Source: a virus
Taxonomy: Duplodnaviria > Caudoviricetes
Length of the DNA: 60,290 bases
IMG/VR virus record: IMGVR_UViG_3300049141_000058
Coordinates: 1-60,290 of that record
Direction: 5' to 3' (one strand)
Position 1 is the stretch's first letter. Each line of letters begins with the position of its first letter. A program made the translations under genes and the position numbers. The notes under the pieces were generated by a model. It worked only from the letters and a program-made list of their open reading frames with translations, ran no database searches and was not told where the DNA came from. This document shows, in pieces, positions 7,070-16,344 of this stretch.

Positions 7070-7642
7070 TCACGTCGCCTGGTGTTGGCTGACGTCGAGT
7101 GCTTCCTCGATGAGTGCGGTGTCGATGGAGACGCTGTGTTCGTCGGCGAGCCGGCGGACGCGTTCGACGGTGGCGCGGGCTTGGTCGCGTTCGCGGCCTG
7201 CTTCGTTCATGAGCTGGATGGCGCGGACGGCGGTCCAGGTGGTGGTGTCGGTGCCGACGGGTATCGGGCCGAGGATTTCGGTGAGGACGGCTCGGGCGAC
7301 GGCGCGACGGACGGACATCGGCAGCCACTCCCCCGCGGCGCGGAGTGCGGGTTGGACGGCGTTGAAGGCGCGCGCTTCGAGCTGCGTCCAGACGGCGGGG
7401 GTGCTGGCGGGTTCGGTCGCTTGGGTCGCTACCTGGTCGGCGGCGAGCTGCCGCCCGCAGCGCGCACCCTTCAGCCACTCCCGCACGTCCGCGGTGGTGA
7501 CCGGGCGCTGTTCCCGCTCGGCGATGGCGCAGCACTCGGCGACGAACGCGAGGGCGTCCTGCGCCTGGTAGAGCTGGAAGTCGAGGTCGTCGGCCAGATC
7601 GCGGGCTTCCTCGGCAGTCAGTTCGGTGGTGTCGTCGGTCAT
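7070..7642 (-). CDS. hypothetical phage protein
   Basis: MTDDTTELTAEEARD start coupled to the LuxR gene stop. Confidence 0.7.
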   Translation of the reverse strand: MTDDTTELTAEEARDLADDLDFQLYQAQDALAFVAECCAIAEREQRPVTTADVREWLKGARCGRQLAADQVATQATEPASTPAVWTQLEARAFNAVQPALRAAGEWLPMSVRRAVARAVLTEILGPIPVGTDTTTWTAVRAIQLMNEAGRERDQARATVERVRRLADEHSVSIDTALIEEALDVSQHQAT

Positions 7643-7899
7643 GCGGCTCTCCGGGTGGGTTCGTTGAGGTCGAGTTCGTCGAAGCGGATGATGTGGCGGT
7701 GGAGGGCGATGACGGCGGCGTGGGTGCGGGAACGGGCGCCGAGCCGGACGCATGCTTCCTTCAACCGCAGGTGGACGGCTCGCTCGGTGGTGCCGAGGCG
7801 GGTGGCTATCTGCCGGCTGGTGTAGCCGGACGCGGCCAAGCGGAGCGCGGCGAGCTGACCGGGGCTGAGGGGTTGGCCTTCGACGCCGGGGTTCCTCAC
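7639..7899 (-). CDS. LuxR-type HTH regulator
   Basis: LSPGQLAALRLAASGYTSRQIATRLGTTERAVHLRLKEACVRLGARSRTHAA. Confidence 0.9.
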   Translation of the reverse strand: MRNPGVEGQPLSPGQLAALRLAASGYTSRQIATRLGTTERAVHLRLKEACVRLGARSRTHAAVIALHRHIIRFDELDLNEPTRRAA

Positions 7900-8096
7900 G
7901 ACGTGCTCCTCTGCCGGTTGGGTGCCTGGAGTCGGCCTTCGCGCACGGCTTTCTGCCGGAGGGCTTCTTCGATGACGCGGGCGGGGATCATGCCGGGGAA
8001 GCAGTCACGGAGGAGTTCCTCGGCGCGGGCGCTGATGTATTTGCGGCTGGTCGACGGCCTCCGCGGGATACTCGCGCCGGGATTCGCTTGGGTCAC
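7896..8096 (-). CDS. small hypothetical (possible RHH) protein
   Basis: 66 aa ORF coupled to the LuxR gene. Confidence 0.55.
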   Translation of the reverse strand: MTQANPGASIPRRPSTSRKYISARAEELLRDCFPGMIPARVIEEALRQKAVREGRLQAPNRQRSTS

Positions 8097-8153
8097 GACA
8101 GCGGGCCTTTCGGGTGGGGCCGCCGCCCCAGCACGGGGCGGCGGCGGGCGGTG

Positions 8154-8423
8154 TCAGGGTCGGGTGATGTGGAGGCGGCGCCTGCCGCCGCCGGGCTGCT
8201 GGTCGGGCACGACGTGGTAGCCGGCCGTCTGCAGTGCGAGCCGGTACCGCTCGAGGGCGTCGGCTTCGCCGGGGCCGTCGTGGAAGACGTTGACCTGGCG
8301 GCGGCCCGCCTGGGCGACTCGGTAGCCGGGCGCCCATCCGGTCTCGGGGTCGAACTCGGACGGCTCGTAGCCGTTGTAGGCGAGGACGGCGTCGACGGAC
8401 GCGGCGCGGATGACGCGGGGCAT
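8154..8423 (-). CDS. hypothetical phage protein
   Basis: MPRVIRAASV start, TGATG coupling. Confidence 0.65.
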   Translation of the reverse strand: MPRVIRAASVDAVLAYNGYEPSEFDPETGWAPGYRVAQAGRRQVNVFHDGPGEADALERYRLALQTAGYHVVPDQQPGGGRRRLHITRP

Positions 8424-8740
8424 CAGGCGGCCGTCCTGTCCTGGCGGGCGCGGCGGTCGATCGCCCCGATCCACGCGACGGCAACAGCGGCGACCTGGAC
8501 CAGCTCGGCGCGCAGCCGGGCCGGGTCTTGTTCGGCGAACGCCTCGTAGACCTCCTCCGCGAGGATGTCCCGGTACGTGTCCTCCCCCGGCCCGTTGGCC
8601 TTGCAGATGGCCTTGTACGCCTCGGCGAACGAGATGTCGCCGGGGCGGCCTGTGCCGTCGGGGTGGTTCTGCTCGCCCCAGCGGGCGTCCTGGCGGGCGC
8701 GTTCGGCGGCGACCTCGTCGAGGATCTTCCGGTCGATCAT
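8423..8740 (-). CDS. MazG-like all-alpha NTP pyrophosphohydrolase
   Basis: ILAEEVYEA...LRAELVQVAAVAVAWI motif. Confidence 0.7.
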   Translation of the reverse strand: MIDRKILDEVAAERARQDARWGEQNHPDGTGRPGDISFAEAYKAICKANGPGEDTYRDILAEEVYEAFAEQDPARLRAELVQVAAVAVAWIGAIDRRARQDRTAA

Positions 8741-8753
8741 CGGTTCCCTTTCG

Positions 8754-8909
8754 CTAGAGGTAGTGGCTGGTGGGGATGTCGGCGGCGCGGCGGAGTGCGG
8801 CGGTTGTGATGCCCTGCCGGTCGAGGTCTTCGAGTTCGACCTCCCGCGCGTCGAACGGGGTGGGCGGATCTGGGTCGCGGAGATCCGGCGCGGGGTGCTC
8901 GACGGTCAT
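8754..8909 (-). CDS. small hypothetical protein
   Basis: MTVEHPAPDL start overlapping the upstream stop. Confidence 0.45.
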   Translation of the reverse strand: MTVEHPAPDLRDPDPPTPFDAREVELEDLDRQGITTAALRRAADIPTSHYL

Positions 8910-9301
8910 GCCGTCCACCGCCGCACCGGAATGCCGGCCTTTTCGGCGAGGGCTGCGGTGTGGGTGGCGCCGCGGGAGTTGCCGCGGATGAACGCCAAAC
9001 AGACGTCGGCGCCGAGGTCGACCATGAGCGTGTTGCGGATGATCCCGGCGCGGCTGCTGTGGCTGCCCCAGTCCGCTGGGTGCGGTTCCTCGGTGACGGG
9101 CCGGCGGCCTGTTGCTGCGGCGGCTCGGGCCCAGCGGGCGGCGTGGGCGTCGGCGCCGTGCGGGCATGCCCCGTGTACGACCGTGACCGGCATGCGGTCG
9201 GGTGCGGCGAGGGCTGTCTCGGCGAGGGCCTGCCATACAGCGCATTCGTCGTCCCAGATGCGGCTGCCGGTGACGAGGATCCGGTACGCCCTGGCGGTCA
9301 C
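8906..9301 (-). CDS. SLOG family protein (DUF2493/YspA-like)
   Basis: RILVTGSR, VVHGACPHGAD, AGIIRN, SRGATHT motifs. Confidence 0.85.
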   Translation of the reverse strand: MTARAYRILVTGSRIWDDECAVWQALAETALAAPDRMPVTVVHGACPHGADAHAARWARAAAATGRRPVTEEPHPADWGSHSSRAGIIRNTLMVDLGADVCLAFIRGNSRGATHTAALAEKAGIPVRRWTA

Positions 9302-9621
9302 GGCTGGTCGCTTCCGTTGATGGCGCGGGCGACGGCGAGGGCGTGACGCCCGACGATGGTCTGTCCTTCCGGGGTGGAGGCGCAGGCGAGGCGGCGGGCT
9401 TCGGCGCGGAGCCAGCGGGCGAGTTCGAGGGCGGCCTTGGGTGGGAGGGCTCCGGCGAGGTCGCCCGAGGCTCCGCCCATGCCGTTGGTGAGGCCGTCGT
9501 GCCAGGCAGTGGCAGGGTTGTAGCAGGCCCAGTAGTCGTTGGTGGTGAGGTCGCGCTCGGCGGCTTCGGCGAGCGGGGTCAGCTTGTCGGCTGCGGCGGC
9601 GAGTTCGTCGGCGGGTGTCAT
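9298..9621 (-). CDS. hypothetical phage protein
   Basis: ATG 9621 after AGGAG; MTPADELAAAADKL. Confidence 0.7.
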   Translation of the reverse strand: MTPADELAAAADKLTPLAEAAERDLTTNDYWACYNPATAWHDGLTNGMGGASGDLAGALPPKAALELARWLRAEARRLACASTPEGQTIVGRHALAVARAINGSDQP

Positions 9622-9757
9622 GGTGCTCCTGTGGGTGCGGTTGCGGGTTGGAGGCTCTGTGCGCCTCTGTGAGGCTCTGGGGCGGGGTTCGACGGGCTTG
9701 GAGTCGTCGGGGTGCGTGTGGGGCGCTGTGGCGGGCGTACAGCGCCCCACACGCGGG

Positions 9758-10003
9758 TCACACGGACGAGCGGCCGGTCACTGCTGCGGGGTGGTTCCGT
9801 CGGGCGGTGGTGCAGTCCGGGCACACGTCCCGAAGCCGGCCGGGAACGCGCCGGGTGGTCCAGCCCTGCTCCCGTCCGTCGGCGCGTACCTGCCGGGCCG
9901 TCCTCGAAGCGAAGCCGGCGCGGACGGCGGCGCTGTCCGGGCAGTCGGTCTGCTCGTCAGGGCCGTCGCAGGAGACCTCAACGCCGATCGGAGTAGCGGT
10001 CAC
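9758..10003 (-). CDS. small Cys-rich (Zn-binding) protein
   Basis: VSCDG...GW...DVCPDC. Confidence 0.65.
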   Translation of the reverse strand: MTATPIGVEVSCDGPDEQTDCPDSAAVRAGFASRTARQVRADGREQGWTTRRVPGRLRDVCPDCTTARRNHPAAVTGRSSV

Positions 10004-10005
10004 GG

Positions 10006-10164
10006 CTACGCCTCACACTCGTGGTCGTCGGGGGCGAAGGGGTGGCCGTTCTCGTCGTGGAGGACGAGGCCGTCGTCCTCGTCGTACCAGCCGTCTCCGG
10101 TGGCGCCGCAGTTGCCGCATTCCCAGGTTCCGGCGAGGCTGATGCCGGTGAAGCCGTTGCTCAT
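10006..10164 (-). CDS. small hypothetical protein
   Basis: MSNGFTG...CGNCG, ATGA coupling. Confidence 0.55.
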   Translation of the reverse strand: MSNGFTGISLAGTWECGNCGATGDGWYDEDDGLVLHDENGHPFAPDDHECEA

Positions 10165-10559
10165 CGCTGCGCCCCGTCCTGCCGCGCCCCGGCAGTGGCG
10201 TCGGGCGTGCAGAGGCGGCACGGCGCGGCCTTGCGGCAGCCCGGCAAGTGCGGCTGCTCAGTCCAGCGGCGGACGGTCGCCAGCTCCGGGCGTATCCCGT
10301 TGGCGATCAGGTGGTCCCGGGCGAAGTCGGCGTCCTCTCGGTCGAAGGGGCCGATCTCGACGCTGCCGCCGATGATGAGCGTGGTGAGGTGCCGGAGGCG
10401 TCCGCTGCGGTGGAACTGAGCGGCGCTGGCGGTCCACCACTCGGTGGGGCTGCCGCCGATGCTGTAGAGGCGTGCCTCGTCTACGACGACGCCCCACTTC
10501 TCAGGGGCGGGCGGTGTCCCGGCGATGTCGAGAGCTAGTTGTGAGGAGGCCATGGTCAC
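10161..10559 (-). CDS. hypothetical phage protein
   Basis: 132 aa ORF coupled on both sides. Confidence 0.65.
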   Translation of the reverse strand: MTMASSQLALDIAGTPPAPEKWGVVVDEARLYSIGGSPTEWWTASAAQFHRSGRLRHLTTLIIGGSVEIGPFDREDADFARDHLIANGIRPELATVRRWTEQPHLPGCRKAAPCRLCTPDATAGARQDGAQR

Positions 10560-10585
10560 GCCTCCCCGTCCTGCCGCGCCCCGGC
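10172..10585. repeat. 22-bp direct repeat at the 3' ends of two adjacent genes
   Basis: CCCCGTCCTGCCGCGCCCCGGC at 10172-10193 and 10564-10585 (encodes AGARQDG). Confidence 0.85.
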
Positions 10586-10984
10586 GGCGGGCTCGTCGTC
10601 GGCAGGGTCCCAGGTCGCCAGCGGGTCACGGTCGGTCGTGGCCCAGACGAAGGTCGGGCACGGGTGGGGGTGGCCGCATTCGCTGCAACCGCCGTCCGTC
10701 AGGCCGCCGCCACCGATGTACTTGCTGTGCGCCTCAGCGATGCGGGCGAGGCGCCCGGCCGGGTCGTCGGGCAACACGACGCGGGTGGCACCACCGTGTC
10801 CGTGGACTGCACGGATCGAGGCGATGCCCTTCGGGTGCGGGGTGGTGGTCGGCCACTGGCCGAGCCAGTGGATGACGGCCTCGCCGTCGCTGAAGATCGC
10901 ACCTTCGGCGACCTTTCCGGTGCCGGAGACGCCGGATACGTCGGTGTCGCGGTGAAGTTCGAACGGGATGAGTTTGTTAGCCAC
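10556..10984 (-). CDS. conserved actinophage hypothetical protein
   Basis: FELHRDTDVSGVSGTGKVAEG...VHGHGGATRVV motif typical of actinophage early genes. Confidence 0.75.
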   Translation of the reverse strand: MANKLIPFELHRDTDVSGVSGTGKVAEGAIFSDGEAVIHWLGQWPTTTPHPKGIASIRAVHGHGGATRVVLPDDPAGRLARIAEAHSKYIGGGGLTDGGCSECGHPHPCPTFVWATTDRDPLATWDPADDEPAAGARQDGEA

Positions 10985-10988
10985 GGTG

Positions 10989-11714
10989 TCAGCCCTTTTT
11001 CTCGGTCTCGGCGGCCGGTGTCTCGTCGGCCAGGCGGCGCAGCCGGTCGGCGATCTCGCAGTGGCAGACGTCGGTGGCGGGCTCGACGCATCCGTGGTCG
11101 GGGCAGTGCTCAATGATCCACTCAGCCTCGGCGCGCACGGCGGCCTGGTCGGTGGTCGGCTTGGTGACGATGCGGCGGAGCTCGGCGAGCGCGTCCTCCT
11201 CCTCGTCGGTGAAGTCGCTGCCGTCTGTGGCGATCTCGTCGTCCGCCAGGTCGAGGGCGTACTCCAGCATCCGCCGCTCGGTCTCGCTCAACGCGGCGGC
11301 CTGGTCGACGGGCGCGGGCAGCACAGGCAGGACCACGTCGGCGAGAGCGAGGCAGTCGCTGCCGTGCTCGTCGTGAGTGCAGCCCGGCAGCTGCGCGTGG
11401 AGCGCTTCGGCGACCACCTTGCGGAGCGCGGTCTGATCGGTGGCGGGCTTTGAGTCGACTTTGGGAGTGCTCTGCCCGTGAAGGCCAGCCTCAAAGGCCG
11501 ACAGTGCGGCGGTCTGGTCGGTGGCGGGTGCCTGCACGGCAGACGCGTCGGCGCAGCGGATCGCGGTCCGGCTCTCCACCGCGGTCTCCAGGTCAGCGAT
11601 CAGGGACCGCACATGGTCGGCCTCCCAAGCCGGCAGTCGGATCAGGGATTCGTGCACAGCGTTGCGGGCCTCCGTCACCAGTGCATCGGCGGCGGTCTCG
11701 GTCGGGTCGGTCAC
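10989..11714 (-). CDS. mosaic hypothetical protein with repeated (T/V)DQ(T/A)A linkers
   Basis: GTG at 11714 after GGAG; the start may extend to 11921. Confidence 0.65.
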   Translation of the reverse strand: MTDPTETAADALVTEARNAVHESLIRLPAWEADHVRSLIADLETAVESRTAIRCADASAVQAPATDQTAALSAFEAGLHGQSTPKVDSKPATDQTALRKVVAEALHAQLPGCTHDEHGSDCLALADVVLPVLPAPVDQAAALSETERRMLEYALDLADDEIATDGSDFTDEEEDALAELRRIVTKPTTDQAAVRAEAEWIIEHCPDHGCVEPATDVCHCEIADRLRRLADETPAAETEKKG

Positions 11715-11917
11715 GGGTCGTCTCCAGGTCGGTGGGTAGGGTGCGGGCTGCGGCCGGGGCGGATAACCGCCTTCGGTTCGGTGCGGGGTTACCGGCTGGC
11801 GGGTGCGAGCCGGGTCATGCGGGGCGTTTCGACACCAACCGGTCCCCCAGGTCACGGGGGTGCCGGCGGGTGGTGGGTAGGGTTCGGGGCAGACCCGGAC
11901 GCGGTTCGTCGCGGCAT

Positions 11918-12160
11918 TCACGGGGTGGTGGCCTTCTCGGTCTGGAACTCGATGACGACCGCCTCGTCGCGGACGTGGAAGCGGAGCGCGTCGTCGTGGA
12001 GCGGCTGCTCCCGGTCGATGCCGTGGTGTTCCCGGTAGGCCAGCTCGGCGACTGCCCATGCCTTGCCGATCTCCGCTGCGGCAGCGCCCCACGGTTCGGT
12101 GGCGGGGACGATCCAGCGGCGGATCTTGCGGGTGACCGTCTCGGTCGTGAAGTCAGCCAC
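11918..12160 (-). CDS. hypothetical phage protein
   Basis: 80 aa ORF in the early operon. Confidence 0.7.
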   Translation of the reverse strand: MADFTTETVTRKIRRWIVPATEPWGAAAAEIGKAWAVAELAYREHHGIDREQPLHDDALRFHVRDEAVVIEFQTEKATTP

Positions 12161-12458
12161 GGCCGGTCTCCTCGCCGTCGACGAGCGTGAGCCGGGCCGG
12201 GCAGAACTGGGCCCCCGCGCTGAGTCCCGTCTCGCCGCCGCTCAGGTCCAGCCACATGAACTGGCCGACAGTCAGTTGGAGGTCGGTCTGGAAGAAGCAG
12301 TCGGATAGTTCGGGGCGGCCCAGCTCGGCGAGCATCGGCCGCAGGTGCGGGATCGCGTGCTCGGCGACCCGCCGGTGCGCGGCGTTGCGATCGGCGAAGT
12401 CGACCGTGATCGGCGGGACCGGCCAGGCGGGGCCGAACTCGACGCGGTAGGTGGTCAT
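12153..12458 (-). CDS. hypothetical phage protein
   Basis: MTTYRVEFGPAWP start, TGATG coupling. Confidence 0.7.
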   Translation of the reverse strand: MTTYRVEFGPAWPVPPITVDFADRNAAHRRVAEHAIPHLRPMLAELGRPELSDCFFQTDLQLTVGQFMWLDLSGGETGLSAGAQFCPARLTLVDGEETGRG

Positions 12459-12652
12459 CAGAGGGACTCCAAAGTGGGCTGGAAGGGCTTGAGCGGGATC
12501 TCGGTCTGTCCGGGGATGGGTTGGGCTGGCGGGTCGGTGGCGCGGATGCTGGTCGGCCGGCGGCTGGGGGCGAGGCGGCGGGCGCAGACGGGGCCCAGGC
12601 CCGTGGGAGACGGGCGGACCAGACGCCGGCCACACGCCGCACAGCGGGCCAT
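12458..12652 (-). CDS. DUF6011-like Zn-finger protein
   Basis: RCAACGRRL...GLGPVCA motif. Confidence 0.7.
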   Translation of the reverse strand: MARCAACGRRLVRPSPTGLGPVCARRLAPSRRPTSIRATDPPAQPIPGQTEIPLKPFQPTLESL

Positions 12653-13827
12653 CACGCAGCCTCCGCGGCCGGCTGCGCGGCGGGCATCGGGATGCCGGTC
12701 GCCACGGACACGACGTGCGCGGCCAGCAGCGGCGGCACAGCGTTCCCCACCTGCTCGAACTGCTTCGTCTTGGTGCCCTGGAACGGGTAGTCGGGGTGGA
12801 ACGACTGGAGAACGGCGGCCTCCGCGACGGTGATGCGGACGGTGTCGGGGCTGGCGAACTGGGACTCGCCGCCTGCGTCTCGGTTGCGGTGTCCGGGCGG
12901 GGCGATCCGGTTGGTGGCGCACACCGTGGTGGCTGGCCTGTCGAGGGCCCAGCTCCAGCGGTGGGCCTCGCCGGTGAAGGTGGGGGCGGGCTGGTCGATG
13001 CTGCGGTTCTCGCGGGGGCCCTCCTTCGCGATCCAGGTGTCGGAGTCGCGGCGGGATCGCAGCATCCACGAACGGGTTTTCTCGGTAAGCGCCCAAGACG
13101 GCCCGTCGGCGGGGAACTCGTTGCCGCCCGGCGTCTTCCGCTCGCCGCGGGTGTTCACTGTGAGCCCCGACGTCCAGCCGAGCGCCTCCGCCATGGACAC
13201 CCACGACTCCAGGCGCGTCCCGAACAGGTCGTCCGCAGGGTCCTTGGCGTGTGTCGGATCCGGGGCGGTCACGCGGCGGACGCGGGAAGCGATCAGGATC
13301 GCCCGCTTCCGGGTCTGCGGGACCCCGTAGTCCGCGGCGTTGAGGATCCCCACCCAGGTGCTGTAGCCCCACTGCTGCAGGTACAGGGCGTACTGGCGCC
13401 ACAGCGGCAGGACGTCGGGGACTTCCTCCATGCACACCCACTCCGGGCGCAGGTCGTACAGCCACCGCATCGGCTCCGCAGCGAGCAGGCTGCGCTCGTC
13501 CTTGCACGCGGCCCGCACCGTGGCGCGGCTGTCCCGGCCGTGGGCGAGGTCGTGCACGGTCTGAGTGACCAGCGGCTGGTCCTCCAGGCCGCCGCGCTTC
13601 CCGGCCCGCGACCAGGCCTGGCACGGCGGGGACGCGATCAGCCCGGCGATCCGGCCGGCGAACGGCGCCGTCGGGTACTGGGCGACGTCGCACTGGATGA
13701 CCGGGTGCCCGGCGGCGTGCGCCGTTCTGCAGGCTGCGGTGTCCCACTCCAGGCCGACGTCGGTGAGGCCGAGGAGGCGCAGTCCCTCGGACCAGCCCCG
13801 CGGGCCGGCGAACAGGTCCACGATCAT
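12652..13827 (-). CDS. DNA (cytosine-5) methyltransferase
   Basis: VDLFAG (I), SPPCQ (IV), EEV (VI), QTRKR (VIII), VGNAVP (X). Confidence 0.92.
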   Translation of the reverse strand: MIVDLFAGPRGWSEGLRLLGLTDVGLEWDTAACRTAHAAGHPVIQCDVAQYPTAPFAGRIAGLIASPPCQAWSRAGKRGGLEDQPLVTQTVHDLAHGRDSRATVRAACKDERSLLAAEPMRWLYDLRPEWVCMEEVPDVLPLWRQYALYLQQWGYSTWVGILNAADYGVPQTRKRAILIASRVRRVTAPDPTHAKDPADDLFGTRLESWVSMAEALGWTSGLTVNTRGERKTPGGNEFPADGPSWALTEKTRSWMLRSRRDSDTWIAKEGPRENRSIDQPAPTFTGEAHRWSWALDRPATTVCATNRIAPPGHRNRDAGGESQFASPDTVRITVAEAAVLQSFHPDYPFQGTKTKQFEQVGNAVPPLLAAHVVSVATGIPMPAAQPAAEAA

Positions 13828-14057
13828 GCGGCGGCCCTCCGGTGTTCGGCGGGCAGGTCGGCGTCGCAGTAGAAGCCGATCGTCAGATGCAGGCCGTGGT
13901 CTTCGACGACCTTCCACACGGCGGTGTCGGCGCACGGGAGGCGGCCGTCCTGCTCGCGGTGGAAGTTGGTGGTGCAGTCCGCCAGGTCGGTGTAGTCGGG
14001 CAGCACCCAGCCGGTGGGCCGGTGGAAGACGCGGACGGTGGGCTTGCGACGGCTCAT
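13824..14057 (-). CDS. hypothetical protein
   Basis: MSRRKPTVRVF start, coupled to the methyltransferase. Confidence 0.6.
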   Translation of the reverse strand: MSRRKPTVRVFHRPTGWVLPDYTDLADCTTNFHREQDGRLPCADTAVWKVVEDHGLHLTIGFYCDADLPAEHRRAAA

Positions 14058-14163
14058 GCGGCGGTCCCTTCCTGCGGCCGGTGCACGGCGGGGTGGTTGG
14101 GGTTGCCGCCGCATCGGGCGCAGGTGCACACGTCCGGCGGCGGGGTCGGACCGGTCGCGGCGG

Positions 14164-14337
14164 TCACGCGGCGGCCTCGTCTTCCTCGGCTCCCCAGCCG
14201 CAGACCCAAGTGGTGCGGCAGTTGGGGCAGTGGTAGGTGGCGAGGACGGCGCCGGGCCCGGTAGGGACGACGACGGCCGGCGGTACGGCCTGGCTGTTCT
14301 CGGTGAGGCAGCGGTCGCAGGTGTCGAGGTATCGCAC
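14164..14337 (-). CDS. small Zn-ribbon protein
   Basis: GTG after GAAGGAG; CDRC...YHCPNC. Confidence 0.65.
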   Translation of the reverse strand: MRYLDTCDRCLTENSQAVPPAVVVPTGPGAVLATYHCPNCRTTWVCGWGAEEDEAAA

Positions 14338-14380
14338 GGTGGATCTCCTTCCGGTCAGGTGTGGGCCATGTCGATGTGGT

Positions 14381-14983
14381 TCACGTCGCGCCTCGGCGCG
14401 CTCGCTTAGCGGCAGCTGTTCGGGCGTTGTTGCAGGTTCGGCAGTGCCGACGGCCGTCGAAGACGTAGGTGTTCGCCTCGTCGTAGGGGTGGCCTTGTGC
14501 GCAGTGCGTCTTGGTGCCGTTGATCGCCCAGCTCTTGCCACGGCGCGTGTTCTCGGATCCGGTGACGGGTTCGAGGTGTTCGACGTTGATGCAGCGACGG
14601 TGGGCGCACTCGTCGCCGCCCAGGCAGGTCGCATCCCGGTTGTGGCAGGTGTGGTCCAGATTCATGCCGTCGGGTATTGGGCCGACCGTGAGCTCATAGA
14701 TCGCTCGGTGGGCCAGCTTCAGAACTCCGTCGACTCTGATCTGCCCATAGCCACGCTTGCTGAGCGTGCCGACGTACAGTAGGCAACCGTTGGGGCCAGC
14801 GACGGTTCGGGACATGAGGCGCTCCAGAGGAACGCCATGAACGAGGGCCAGGTTGAACTCGCCAGCGCGCTTCAACTTCCGGCGCCAACGCCCGTAGCAG
14901 GTCTGGCATCGCTCGCGCGCATAGAACTTCGACGAGCCGCACTCGATACAGCGGCGCTCGCTGGCGCCCTGAGCGGCGCTCAC
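14381..14983 (-). CDS. HNH homing endonuclease with Zn fingers
   Basis: GYG..AHR..DHTC..CINVEHLEPVTGSEN plus THCAQGHPY..RHCRTC; lower GC in the 5' half. Confidence 0.9.
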   Translation of the reverse strand: MSAAQGASERRCIECGSSKFYARERCQTCYGRWRRKLKRAGEFNLALVHGVPLERLMSRTVAGPNGCLLYVGTLSKRGYGQIRVDGVLKLAHRAIYELTVGPIPDGMNLDHTCHNRDATCLGGDECAHRRCINVEHLEPVTGSENTRRGKSWAINGTKTHCAQGHPYDEANTYVFDGRRHCRTCNNARTAAAKRARRGAT

Positions 14984-16344
14984 GACGCCGCCATGTCAAC
15001 AAAACGGGCGTAATGCCCTTGGAAGGCGACGGTGATCGTCGCGGTGGGCCCGTTGCGATGCTTGGCAACGATCAGGTCGGCCTCGCCGGCCCGCGGGGAG
15101 TCCTTCTCGTAGGCGTCCTCGCGGTGCAGGAGGATCACGATGTCCGCGTCCTGCTCGAGCGACCCGGACTCGCGCAGGTCGGAAACCATCGGCTTCTTGT
15201 CCTGCCGCTGTTCAGGGCCGCGGTTGAGCTGGGAGAGAGCGACGATGGGAACTCCCAGGTCCATGGCGAGGGTCTTGAGGCCACGGCTGATCCGGGACAC
15301 TTCCTGCTGCCGGTTGTCGCCGCGGCCGGTGGACTCGCCGCCCATGAGCTGCAGGTAGTCGATGACGACGAGGCCGAGGCCGTGCTTGCGCTGGACGCGC
15401 CGGCAATGCGAGCGGATCTTGGCGAGGGTGACGCCGGTGTCGGCGACGATGTGCAGCGGCGACGCCTGCATGTCCTTCCCGGCCTCGATCAGCTTCATGA
15501 CCGCGGCGTCGTCCACGGGCCCCTTGCACTTCATCCAGTGCAGCGGGTAGCGGGCCTGAGCGGACAGGAACCGCTTCTCGAGTTCCTTGCGGCCCATCTC
15601 CAGGGAGAAGAACACGGTGGGGATGTCGTTGCGGATCGCGGTGTGGCGGGCGAAGTCCCCGGCGAGGACCGACTTGCCCATGGCGGGCCGGGCGGCGACG
15701 AGGATGAACTGGCCGGGCTGCAGGCCACCGGTGAGGGAGTCGAAGTCGGCGAAGCCGGTGAGGAGGCCCTCCTTGGGCCCGTTCTCGCGGATGTCGACGA
15801 CTTCAGCGACGGTGTCCATGATGTCGACGCCGATCGACAGGTCGTCGGCGCCCATGTCGGTGAGGCCGGCGAGTCCTTCGAGGGTGTCGAAGGCGTCCTG
15901 GACGATCTCGTCGGCGTCACGGTCGCGGCTGTAGACGCTGCGTGTCATGCCGTTCGCGGCGTCCAGCACCTGCCGGAGGACTGCCTTCTCGCGGACGATC
16001 TCGGCGTGGGCCTCTGCGTGGGCGACGGTGGGCACCGCCGTGACGAGGTCGAACAGGTACGTGCGGTCTCCGCAGCGCTTGAGGTCGCCGTCCTTTTCGA
16101 GCCGGTTGCCGAGGGCGATGGGGTCGTGCGCTTCGCCCTTGGCGTGGAGGTCGACGAGCGTCTCGTAGATCGTTTCGTGGGCGGGGCGGTAGAAGTCGGT
16201 GGGCTTGAGGATCTGGACGACTTCTTCGGCGGCCCGCCCCGACAGGATCATCGAGCCGAGGACGGCCATTTCGGCGGCGAGGTCGAACGGCGGTGCCAGG
16301 GCGGGCCGGTCGTCGATGGGCGGCTCGTCGTGGTCGTGGGTCAC
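14980..16344 (-). CDS. dnaB: replicative DNA helicase DnaB
   Basis: AARPAMGKS, FSLEM, IDYLQL, LSQLNR, DLRESGSLEQDAD, KHRNGPT. Confidence 0.97.
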   Translation of the reverse strand: MTHDHDEPPIDDRPALAPPFDLAAEMAVLGSMILSGRAAEEVVQILKPTDFYRPAHETIYETLVDLHAKGEAHDPIALGNRLEKDGDLKRCGDRTYLFDLVTAVPTVAHAEAHAEIVREKAVLRQVLDAANGMTRSVYSRDRDADEIVQDAFDTLEGLAGLTDMGADDLSIGVDIMDTVAEVVDIRENGPKEGLLTGFADFDSLTGGLQPGQFILVAARPAMGKSVLAGDFARHTAIRNDIPTVFFSLEMGRKELEKRFLSAQARYPLHWMKCKGPVDDAAVMKLIEAGKDMQASPLHIVADTGVTLAKIRSHCRRVQRKHGLGLVVIDYLQLMGGESTGRGDNRQQEVSRISRGLKTLAMDLGVPIVALSQLNRGPEQRQDKKPMVSDLRESGSLEQDADIVILLHREDAYEKDSPRAGEADLIVAKHRNGPTATITVAFQGHYARFVDMAAS

